Assembly: GCF_004010195.1 (NCBI RefSeq)
Contig: NC_057760.1
Location: 1,277,607-1,316,962, forward strand
Length of the DNA: 39,356 nt
Reading direction: 5' to 3'
Source of the DNA: Chiloscyllium plagiosum
Taxonomy: Eukaryota
Shown here: piece after piece, positions 1 to 12,100 of the stretch
Layout: each line of letters begins with the position of its first letter
How positions within the stretch are numbered: position 1 is the stretch's first letter
The notes under the pieces: model-generated
What the model was told of the DNA's origin: nothing
The model's input: only the letters and a program-made list of their open reading frames with translations
Databases searched by the model: none
Position numbers and translations under genes: made by a program

Positions 1-723
1 GAGAGCTCTGGGTGTTCTTGTACACCAGTCAATGAAGGCAAGCATGCAGGTACAGCAGGGAGTGAAGAAGGCTAATAGCATGCTGGCCTTCATAACAAGA
101 GGGATTGAGTAAAGAAGCAAAGAGGTTCTTCTGCAGCTGTACAGGGCCCTGGTGAGACTGCACCTGGAATATTGTGTCCAGTTCTGGTCTCCAAATATGA
201 GGAAAGACATTCTGGCTATTGAGAGAGTGCAGCGTAGGTTCACGAGGTCAATTCCTGGAATGGCGGGATTACCTTACGCTGAAAGACTGGAGTGACTGGG
301 CTTGTATACGCTTGAGTTTAGAAGACTGAGAGGGGATCTGATTGAGACGTATAAGATAATTAAAGGATTGGACACTCTGGAGGCAGGAAACATGTTTCCA
401 CTGATAGGTGAGTGCTGAACCAGAGGACACAGCTTAAAAATACGGGGTAGACCATTTAGGACAGAGATGAGGAGAAACCTCTTGACCCAGAGAGTGGTGG
501 CTGTGTGGAATGCTCTGCCCCAGAGGGCTGTGGAGGCCCAGTCTCTGGATTCATTTAAGAAAGAGTTGGATAGAGCTCTCAAGGATAGTGGAATCAAGGG
601 TTATGGGGATAAGGCAGGAACAGGATACTGATTAAGGATGATCAGCCATGATTATATTGAATGGTGGTGCAGGCTCGAAGGGCAGAATGGCCTACTCCTG
701 CACCGATTGTCTATTGTCTATTG
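1..723 (+). mobile_element. CR1-clade LINE 3' end (ORF2 C-terminus and 3' UTR)
   Basis: CR1-type LxYCVQFWSP / RGDLIE coding remnants; ends in an (ATTGTCT)n tail. Confidence 0.85.
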
Positions 724-743
724 TTTTGTTTTCCTTCCTGCAG

Positions 744-1093
744 TACTGCTGCCCCCAGCTGCTGAATCCTCCAACACCCAGCAAGGTGCCTCAGCAGCAA
801 CCCCACCCAGCCCCTCCTGCACCGCCTCCTCCACCTCCCCCTCCACCTCCACCACCACCCCCAGCCCCTACCCCACCCTCAGTACCACAACAACAGCAAC
901 AGCAGCCGCTGCCGCAGCAGCAGCAACCACCTGCCAAGCTGGCTGAGCCTTCGCAGGGCAAGCTCATCATGCTGGTGGACGATTTCTACTACGGGCGGGA
1001 TGAGGGCAGCACCTACCAGATGCTCCAGGAAATGAAGACCAACACCACCTTCAGGTGCCTCAGCTGTCTGAAGCGACTGAAGAACAACATCAG
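744..1093 (+). CDS. POGZ: POGZ exon: Pro/Gln-rich linker and start of a C2H2 finger (YCCPQLL...[13 protein letters not shown])
   Basis: Acceptor ttcctgcag|, donor |gtaatc; phase 0 to 2. Confidence 0.95.
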
Positions 1094-4000
1094 GTAATCT
1101 CAGTCACACCCCCCCCCTGTCTCACTCCTCACTGTGTCGCTCAAGGTACCCGTCACCCTCTGGGTAGATGTCCTCGCTAACCCTTACGTTAACACTGTTC
1201 CCTCTGGTCCTTAACACATGTGCGATGCATTTCTCCCTGTTGAGAGAGACCGGGACTCATTAAAACAGCCTAGCCTTGGCACCAAGGTTGAAGGAGATTG
1301 GAGGATTATTGTCGATGCGGTTTGACCAGTGTATATATAGTCACCTGTTGTTACATGTGGGTGTCTCTAATTTCCTGAATCTCCAATTCTTTTTAGTTCT
1401 AAGACTTTCACTTACCATCTCATTCAGGTTGGAATAATCTAGTTTATGGTCAGCATGCACTTGTTGGACCAAAGGGTCTGTTTTCGTGCTGCGTGACTCT
1501 ATATGATTCCAAGACAGTGGAAAGCAGTCAGAGGACACTGACATTTGGTGAGCTTCCTGAGGTTAGTGTGGTGAAGCATTTGGGTTGGACCCAATGGGGA
1601 GATGAAAGTGGAACCTGTATCTTGAACTGACAGAGCCAGCACCACTACCTCCACCTTACACCTGTGATGTCTTGACTGACACTGATAGCCCACACATTAA
1701 TGTTGAAATGGCATTAATAGAGCATAGAGATATACAGCACGGTAACAGACCCTTTGGTCCAACTCATCCATGCTGACCAGATATCCCAAATTAGTCTAAT
1801 CCCATTTGCCAGCACCTGGCCCATATCTCTCTAGACCCTTCCTATTCATGCACCCATCCAGAAGCCTTTTAAATGTTATCATTGTACCAGCCTCCTCCAC
1901 TTCCTCTGGCAGCTCATTCCATACATGCACCATTCTCTGTGTGCAAAAGTTGCCCCTCGAGTTCCTTTTAAACCTTTCCCCTCTCACCCTAAACCTAGGC
2001 CCCTCTAGTTCTGGACTCCCCCACGCCAGAGAAAAGACCTTGTCTATTTACCCTATCCATGCTTCTCATGATTTTATAAACCTCCATAAGGTCACCCCTC
2101 AGCCTGTTCAGCCTCTCCCTGTAGCTCAAACCCTCCCACCCTGGCAACATCCTTGTAAATCTTTTCTGAACCCTTTCAAGTTTCACAACATCCTTCCAAA
2201 AGGAAGGAGACCAGAATTGCAATATTCCAAAGGTGACCTAACCAATGTCCTGTACATCCACAACATGACCTCCCAACTCCTGTACTCAATACTCTGACCA
2301 ATAAAGGAAAGTATGCCAAATGCTGCTTTCACTATCCTATCTACCTGCGACTCCACTTTCAAGGAGCTATGAACCTGCACTCCAATGTCTCTCTGTTCAG
2401 CAACACTCCCTTGGACCTTACCATTAAGTGTATAAGTCCTGCCCTGATTTTCCTTTCCAAAATGCAGCACTTCACATTTATCTAAATTAAACTCCATCTG
2501 CAACTCCACTGCCCCATCTGATTAAGATCCTATTGTATTCTGAGTTAACCTTCTTTGCTGTCCACTACACCTCCAATGTTGGTGTCATCTGCAAATTTAC
2601 TAACCATGCTCCCTACGTTCACATCCAAATCATTTATATAAATGATGAAATGCAGTGGATCCAGCACTGATCCTTGTGGCACTCCACTGGTCACAGGCCT
2701 CCAGTCTGAAAAACAACCCTCCACCACCACCCTCGGTCTTCTACCTTCAAGCCAGTTCTGTATCCAAATGGCTAGTTCTCCCTGTATTCCGTGTGATTTA
2801 ACTTTGCTAACCAGTCTCCCATGGGGAACCTTGTCGAACACTTTATTAAAGTCCATATAGATCAAATCCATCCTCTGCCCTTATCAATCCTCTTTTGTTA
2901 ACTTCTTCAAAAAAAACTCAATCATATTAGTGAGACACTATTTCCCATGTTCCAAGTCATGTTGACTATCCCTAATCAGTCCTTGCCTTTCCAAATACGT
3001 GGAAATCTTGTCCCTCAGGATTCCCTCCAACAACTTGCCCACCACTGAACGTCAGGCTCACTGGTCTATAGTTCCCTGGCTTCTCCTTACCACCTTTGTT
3101 AAACAGTGGCACCAAGTTAGCCAACCTTCAGTTTTCCGGCACCTCACCTGTGATTATCGATGACACAGATATCTCAACAAGGGGCCCAGCAATCACTTCT
3201 CTAGCTTCCCACAGAGTTCTCGGGTACACCTGATGAGGTCCTGGGGATTTATCCACCTTTATGCGTTTTAAGACGCCCGGCACCACCACCTCTATTATGG
3301 AGATTTTCCAAGAGTCGCTAATTATTTCCCCATGTTCTATACCTTTCATATCCTTCTCCACAGTAAAGAGTCATGCAGAATGCTCGTTTAGTATCTCACA
3401 CATAGGTGGCCTTACTGATCTTTAAGGGGCCTTAGTCTCTCCTGAATTACCCTCTTGTCCTTAATGTATCTGTAGAATTCCTTTGGATTCTCCTTCACAC
3501 TATTTGACAAAGCTGTCTCATGTCCCCTATTTTCCTTTCTGGTTTCCCTCTTAAGTATGCTCTACTGCCCTTATGTAGGGTTTCACTCGACCTCTGCCGT
3601 GAGTTCCAAATGTAGTAGGTTGGTGAGCTGCTGAGCCTGGGGTAAGTGCAGGTTCTGCCCCCTTTTTGTCGTGTTGTTGCAGTGATGATATTCAACTAAA
3701 ATCGACGCAACTAAGCAGTCACCTTTAAATGGTTGCAGGTTCATGAACCACATGAAACACCATCTGGAATTAGAGCAGCAGAATGAAGACACCATTGAGA
3801 ACCACACGACCTGCCAGCATTGCTTCCGCCAGTATGCCACTCCATTCCAGCTTCAGTGTCATGTCGAGAATGTGCACAGCCCCTACGAGACCACCAGTAA
3901 GTGCTGCCTCATCACAACCCCCTTCTTCACCCTGCTACCTCCGGTGTTGCAGTGTCGGAGTGCCTCTGTTGGCTAGGGTCAGAGAGGAGTACGGGATCCG

Positions 4001-7000
4001 TGTGAGACGAATGAGCATCAGTCCCTCGGTCGTGCCACCCCCCCAAAGACAAAAGGTTGTAGCTGTAAGTCCATGCTCCAGATGATTCTATTTCGCAGGA
4101 GCAAATTACTGCAGATGCTGGAATCTGTATTTAAAAACAAAACGTGCTGGAGATCACAGCAGGTCAGGCAGCATCCATGGGGAAGAGAGCAAGCTAATGT
4201 TTCAAGTCTAGAAGACTCTTCATCAGAGCCATCTAGACTCAACATTAGTTTGCTTTCTCTCTGTGGATGCTGCCTGACCCGCTGTGTTCTCCAGGACGTT
4301 TTGTTTCCATTTCACTTTGGCAGAGGGCCAGTGCTGGGGGAGTGCAGCGTTGTTGGAGAGCTAGCGCTGAGGGAGCGGGCAGTATCAGAAGACCAGCGTT
4401 GAGGGATGGCCACAATGTCAGACGGTCAGCGATGAAGGTTTGCTGCACTGTCACAGGGGATGGTTTTCAGGGTTAATTTGAGTTTCCCAAGTGGCCCTCT
4501 TAGCTGAAAGTAAAAGTTTTCAAGAGCTGCACAGGAAGAAGACTTGGGAGTGTGGGAATATGTCTCCCCTGTGGTCCTGGCAAATTCTAATCCCACAGCT
4601 AATATAAACGAAGTCAAAAGTCACACAGTACCAGGTATAGTCCAACAGATTTATTTGAAATCACAAGCTGTTGGAGCACTGCTCTTTTCGTCGGGAAGAC
4701 TTCACCCTGACAAAGGAGCAGTGCTCCACAAGTTTGTGATTTCAAATAAACCTGTCAAACTATACCTGGTGCCGTGTGACTTTTGACCTTGCCCACCCCA
4801 GGCCCACACCAGCACCTCCACACCATGGCAGCCATTAAAACCAGATTGCTAGGTGTGGAACCTGCAATCAAATGGGAGGGAGTTCCAGGATTTCGACCCA
4901 GTGGCAGTGAGGGAGGGGCAATAAATTTCCAAGTTGGGATGGTGTGTGTGAGACCTTGAGCAGAAAGTACTGGAGACGGTGTTCCCCAGCATCTGCTGCG
5001 CTGGTCCTTCTGGCATTTCGAGGTTGCAGGATTGGTAGGCCCTGTGGAGGGAAGCTTGGTGCGTCTCCTGTGGATGGCACACAATGCTGACACTTAGTGG
5101 TTGTGGGTGTGAATGTTGAAGGTGGTGGGTGAGGTGCCAGTCAAACAGAGGTGTTGGCGAAGGATATTCATGGCACTGAATTTTGCCATGCAGCCCATCA
5201 AGTCCATGGGTAGAGCAGCCCAGTCGATCCCATTCTCCTACTCCTATCCCATTACCTCAGTTGGTTTTTATTTCCCTCAATAGTCCCTCCTTGGGAGTAA
5301 AGGTCGCAGGTTTGGAACATGCTGGCAGTGTTTAATCCTGAGAGGGTCGGGGTGTTGCGACCATCTTTCTCAAATCCGTCATCTGTTTCTCTCAATTACA
5401 GCCAAATGTAAGATCTGCGAGCTAGCCTTCGAAACAGAACAGCTTTTCCTGCAGCACATGAAAGACACCCACAAACCAGGAGAAATGCCCTACGTCTGTC
5501 AGGTAAAGTTCCATTCCTGTGAGTGGGGCACTAATCCAGTGTGTTTGTTTTAAAAAATGTCTTTGTAGAGTGTGGGTGTTGCTGGTTGGCATTTATTGTC
5601 CTTTCCTAATTTCCCTTTGAGAAGGTGCTGGTGAGCTGCCTACTTGAACTGCTGAAGCCTGTGTGTGGTGTCAGGGTACCCATAATGTCGTTTGGAGGGC
5701 TTGTGGAATTTTGACCCAGTAACATAGAAGGAATTGGCAAGGAGGTTGCCAGGGTTGGAGCGTTTGAGTGACAGGGAGAGACTGAATAGGCTGGGGCCGT
5801 TTTCCCTGGATAGTTGGAGGCTTATCAAACTCATGAGGGGCATGTATAGGGTAAATTGACAAGGTCTTTTCCCTTGGGGTGGGTGAGTCCAGAACTAGAG
5901 GGTTTAGGGTGAGAGCGGAAAAATTTAAAAGGGACCTAAGAGACAGAGGGTGGTGCGTGTATCCAAGAGTAAGTGGTGGAGACTGGCACAATTACAACAT
6001 TCAAAAAGTGTCTGGATGGGGACATGAATAGGGAGAGCGGAAAAATTTAAAAGGGACCTAAGAGACAGAGGGTGGTGCGTGTATCCAAGAGTAAGTGGTG
6101 GAGACTGGCACAAAGTGTCTGGATGGGGACATGAATAGGAAGGGTTTAGAGGGATGCGGGCCAAGTGCTGGCAAATGGGACTGGATTAGTTTAAGATATC
6201 TGGTTGGCGTGGACAAGTTGGACTGAAGGGTCTGTTTCTGTGCTGTACAGCTCTGGCTTCATGAATGGCTGATATATTTCCATGATTTGGAGGAGCCATT
6301 ATTTGTTGGACTGGGGTGGACAAAGTTAAAAATCACACTCCAGGTTATAGTCCAACAGGTTTATTTGAAAGCACTAGCTTTTAAAGCGCTGCTTCTTCAG
6401 GTAGTTGTGAAGCAGGAGACAGTGAGAGACAGTTTATCGCAAAAGATTACAGTGATACATTGAATAAACTTAGTTTGTTAAATCTTTCACCTTTTAGAAA
6501 GGGTTTGCCGGTTTCGGTTCTTTAATATGTAAATCCCAGGACTACTTTTCAGTCACATTCTCAAGATAACTGAAGGTTTTATAACGAAAGGTGACATCTT
6601 AGCTCAGACAGTGCCTAAAAGGTATGAGGTTAGAGTCTGTATCCAAATCTTGAGTCAGACTAGTTCTATTTCCAAAGTGGAACTTACAAAATATTACATG
6701 GATTGACTGCCTGACACAGATTGCCTGCTGGTTCTGCATTTTTTTGAGCAAAGTAGTGTATCTGCAAATATAATTCTGTAAATACAAATTCACCCCATAA
6801 ACCTATATGTGTGTGCTTGCAGGAGAGAGAGAGAGAGAGACCGACACTGTGAGTGTGTGCATGCGAGTGAGTACACAAGAGTGTGTGTTTGCGTGTGTGC
6901 AAGTGTGTTTGTGAATGTGATGGGGCAAAGACTGAGAGAGTGCATACATGGGTAAAAATGTGGGTGGGGGGAGAAAGTGTGTGTGTGTGGGTGAGGTGGC

Positions 7001-9152
7001 CTCAACTAGGACTTCGGGTCCATGAAGCAGGAAAATCGACGTTTCAGGCAAAAGCCCTTCATCACAAGGCTTTTGCCCGAAACGCCAATTTTCTTGCTCC
7101 TCGGATGCTGCCTGACCTACTGTGCTTTTCCAGCACCACTCTAATGTAGACTTTGGTTTCCAGCATCTGCAGTCCTTGTTTTTACCCCTTCGGGTTCATG
7201 TCCCACTACACTATACACTTACTCACGCACACGCAAGCATACACACTTAGGTACTCACGCTAACCCTCACATAGAAAAGCACTCTCTCATACGCACACGT
7301 ACAACCCCCAGACTCACAGGCTTATACCCTATTGCACTCTCTCATAGATTTTACTATGCTTGCACACGCACGCACTCACATGTTTTTCTCTCTCTCTCTC
7401 GCGCGCGCGCACACACACCCCTACCCCATGCCTTCAAGGTCATGTCTGAGCTGAGATGTCACCTTTTGTTTTAAAACCTTAAGTTATCTTGAGAATGTAA
7501 CTTAAAAGTAGTTCTGGGCTTTACATATTAAAGAACCAAAACCAGCAAACCCATTCTACATGATGAAAGACTTAACAAACTAGGTCTGTTCAATGTATCA
7601 TTGCATCACTGTAATCCTTTGCTATAAATTCTGTATCTTATGGTCCTGCTTCACAACCACCTGATGAAGAAGCAGTTCTTCCAAATATAATCAGGTGTTG
7701 TGTGATATATTTCCAAGTCAGGGTGTTGTGTGTGTGTATAAGATATGTATTCTGACCTTTGCCCAGTGATGGATTGTGATGCCATTAGCGTAAAACTGCC
7801 TCGCTTTTGTTTATCCGTGCCTCTTGTTCATAAAAGCAACTGTGTGAAATTGGAACGTAGGGTTTGTCTGGGCAGAGATGAGAACATACAAAAGCCTCTG
7901 GTGCTGGCTGCCACCTTGCATTGTCAGGACAGCATGTGTGAGGAATAACCTTTATTCCCGGGGGTGCCAATGGCTGCTGGATGCCAACAGGGAGGGGAGT
8001 CGGACATTTTCAATGGATAAGGAGAGTGAAATTTGCAGGAGAAAGGGGGTTGTGTTGTGGGTCGATTCCCACGGACAGGTCAGGTACTGAGACGGGTTTG
8101 GTTTTGTACCTGGCAGGTGTGTGAGTATCGCTCGTCGGTGTACTTGGAGGTGGATAACCATTTCCGAATGATACACGAGGACACTAAGAATCTGCTCTGC
8201 CCGTACTGTTTCAAAGTGCTGAAGAACAGTAGTGCCTACCAGCAACACTACATGAAGCACCAGGTGAGTGTCTGTTAGAAAGTGGGTGCCCCGTCACAGA
8301 GACGGGTTGTATCAGCAGCATCCATGCAGAATAGAATCCTCACCCTGGCTCGGTCCGTGCATGCCCCGTGCTGCTTCCTGGGTTCCTGGCCCTGATTCGT
8401 GGCCAACCAGACTGTGTGGCAGCTATGTTTTCGGAACAGTGTTCCTGCAGAGGTGTCTTCCGGAGCCAAGGGGCAAGGATGTTGAGTCCGGCTTACCCCA
8501 GTGTCCAGAACAGCCCAAGAGGGGCAGGTTTTTATCTGATTTTTTTTTTGTCTGTTTCTGAGATGTGGGTGTCACTGGCTAGTTTTGATTTGGAGGTGCC
8601 AGTGTTGGGCGGGGGTGGACAAAGTTAAAAATCATACAATGCCAGATTATAGTCCAACAGGTTTATTTGGAATTTCTAGCTTTCGGAGTGCTGCTCCTTC
8701 ATCAGGTAATGATGAAGCTAGCACTTCCAAATAAGCCAGTTGAACTGTAACCTACTGTGTGATTTTTAACACTGGCCAGTTTGACATTTATCACCTGTCC
8801 CTCGAGGTCCATAGAGGTGGTGGGTGAGCCCATGTGTCTGCTACCCAGAGTAGATGATTGGGTGATCATTTCCTGTCTCCTGTTGCTGCATTACTGGTCA
8901 GGTATACTCTTTCCAGCATTTGCTTCATCGTCTTGTCTTTGTTTCAGAAGAAGAGTGTCTACCCCTGTAACAAGTGCAGACTCCAGTTCATCAGTGCCAA
9001 GGAGAAAATGGAACACAAGGTTGAACACCATAAGACATTTAAGAAACCGAAGCAGCTGGAAGGACTGCAGCCTGGTACCAAGGTTGAGGCCACAGTTGTG
9101 ATCTTCCTTCCTACACACATCTCGCGCGCGCTCTCTCTCTCTCGCGCGCGCT

Positions 9153-9183
<31 letters not shown>

Positions 9184-12100
9184 GCGCGCTCTCTCCGCTC
9201 TCTCTCTCTCTCGCGCTCGCTCTCTCGCGCTCTCTCTCTCGCGCTCTCTCTCTCTCTCGCGCTCTCTCTCTCGCGCTCTCTCTCTCTCTCGCGCGCTCTC
9301 TCTCTCGCGCACTCTCTAGCTCTCGCTATCTCGCTCGCTCTCGCTATCTCACTTGCACTCTCGCTATCTCGCTCGCGCTATCTCGCTCGCTACCTCGCTC
9401 GCGCTCTCGCTCTCTCGCGCTCTCTCTCTCGCGCTCGCTCTTTCTCGCTCACGCTCTCGCTGTCTCGCTCTCGCTCTCTCGCGCGCGCTCTCTCACTCGC
9501 CCTCTCTCTCGCTATCTCGCTCTCGATATCTCACTCGCTATCTCCATCTCGCTCGCGCTCTCGCTATCTAGCTTTCGCTATCTAGCTTTCGCTATCTCGC
9601 TCGCGCTATCTCGCTCGCGCTATCTCGCTCGCGCTATCTCGCTCGCGCTATCTCGCTCGCGCTCTCTCGCGCGCGCTCTCTCGCGCGCGCTCTCTCCCTC
9701 CCGCGCGCTCTCTCCCTCCCGCGCGCTCTCTCCCTCCCGCGCGCGCTCTCTCGCTCACTCTCACTCTTTCTCGCTCGCTCACTCTCACTCTTTCTCGCTC
9801 GCTCACTCTCACTCTTTCTCGCTCGCTCACTCTCACTCTTTCTCGCTCGCTCACTCTCACTCTTTCTCGCTCGCTCACTCTCACTCTTTCTCGCTCGCTC
9901 ACTCTCACTCTTTCTCGCTCGCTCACTCTCACTCTTTCTCGCTCGCTCACTCTCACTCTTTCTCGCTCGCTCACTCTCACTCTTTCTCGCTCGCTCACTC
10001 TCACTCTTTCTCGCTCGCTCACTCTCACTCTTTCTCGCTCGCTCACTCTCACTCTTTCTCGCTCGCTCACTCTCACTCTTTCTCGCTCGCTCACTCTCAC
10101 TCTTTCTCGCTCGCTCACTCTCACTCTCGCTCGCTCTCTCTCACTCTTTCTCGCTCGCTCTCTCTCACTCTTTCTCGCTCGCTCTCTCTCACTCTTTCTC
10201 GCTCGCTCTCAAAGGTTGTCACGAGTGCTGACACAAACAGCATTCGGATTATCGGCCAGGATCCATTTGGGTCCAGGGTAGTTCTGAATAACTCCTCCCA
10301 ATAGGCAGGGCGGTATCATCAATGTGGCTGTGTCAACAGCACTGGCATGAGCTTGCCTCGTTTTGCTTGGGGAGACTCTGCTTGGTGTTCTTTGTCAACC
10401 CCTCTCTTCCCATCTCTCGCTTGCACGCATGCAGAGTCTCAGACTTGTGCTCTCTTTCTCTCGCACATTCTCTATCGTACTATGTCTCTCTCTCTCTCTC
10501 TCGCCACACTCTCTCATACTGTGTCTGTCTGTCTTGTGCTGTCTGTTGCTCCCTTTTGACCGCCACATATATACACCATCTATCCCCCCCACTTCATCCT
10601 GGGAAAGAAGTATGGGCGATCTACAGACCAGCAACTGAGCCATTGTGCCTGCGTGTGGTGCTGAGAGCAGAGAAGCAGGCTTACTGTGCATGCGTTGATT
10701 CTTCCCCAAGAGTTGTGCCATTAGTGCCCACTTGCCCCACCGTGCTGTTGCCCTCTCAGCCCTGCAGAGCTTTCCTTTCCGGCTATTCCGTTTGCCAGCT
10801 TTGGGGGACACACCTGCGCGTGCACAGGCAGTCAAGGAATGGATTGGGTCACCTTCGGATCTTTTTGTTTTGAATCTCAGGTCACAATAAGAACCTCGAT
10901 GGGACAGGCCCGCGCTGCTGGTGGGCCCGTGCAGGAGGTCCCCACCAGGAAGGTGTACCCCCCGGTGATGCCCCCGAAGCCACAGGAGCCCCCAGCTTGC
11001 TCGACTGTTCACACCATCCCTTCGGTCGCCAAGGCTGTGCCCAAGGCAGAGAAGAGGAAGGCAGTGGAGAGGATAAGTCCATTGCTCATAGACATGCAGG
11101 ACATCAGGTGGGTGCCATGTGAACGCACACATACACGCACGAGTCCTGTTGCGCTGGACGTGCGCTAGCCATAAGGTGCATGGGGTTCTTAGGGTTTTGT
11201 TTGTGGAGGGAGTTGGCTCTCGGCAGTGAGTAGTGGCCGCATTCCGATATACAGCCCTCGCTGTTTTCGAGGGGGTCGTCTGCAGCATTAAGGTGGCACG
11301 TGGGCCTCCTGCAGAATGCATCCCTTTCCCTTCCAGCCGCCGTCACTGGAAGGGGCAAGGCATGAGGTGAGCTTCCAGGAGTTTGGCTTGATGTTGCACG
11401 TGGTGGTGACCTCTATCTCTCGTCCCTCGAGGATGGAAGTTTGAGACCCCACTCGAAGACACGCGCTCCCCTTGCCCAACCCCAGTGGCAGGGGGTCGGA
11501 GGGCCAGCAACCCAGGCGACCGCTGCAGACGGCCGATTTAAACCGAGACTGCTCTGAAACCCCAACCACCAACGCAAGGGCCTCTCGGGTGGACGTCTGA
11601 GGTCCCACAGCTGTGACGTGGATGGACAGCCTCACGTGGTGCACGGGCAGATGAGTTCTTCCCATTGGCCACTGATCAGCATCACCTCTGGGGGGGGGGG
11701 GGGGGGGCGGTGGAGTTAAAACCACAGACATTATCGCATTGCTATTTTTGGGCTCTTGTTCTGCAGAAAGGTGGCATTTCCCCGTGTGACAACGGTGATT
11801 GAATGTTTGGGGTGGGAGAGGGGAATAGGGCTTATAAAAACATACTTCACGGGCTGTGAATCGTTTTTGGGACGCCCCAAGGCTGCGAGAGGCATTAGAG
11901 GATTGCTCCCCCCCTGCCGAGCTGTATTCGCCCTGTTGCTTTTTGAAATCCTTGGCGTTTTTTTTTAACCTGCTGCTATCCTGCGGGGGCTGAAATTCTG
12001 CTGTCTTCTCTTCAACCCTGACAGGAAGCTGTATGGTAACCAGGTCTGTCTGGAGTGCAACATAGACATCACTAACGTCAGCAACGTCAGCAACCACTTC

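Noticed and set aside
1721..3600. Active reverse transcriptase gene
   Set aside because: 5'-truncated with multiple frameshifts and stops
8959..10124. Arg/Glu- and Ser/Leu-rich ORFs (also 24228-24819 and 37906-38517)
   Set aside because: Translations of microsatellites and minisatellites
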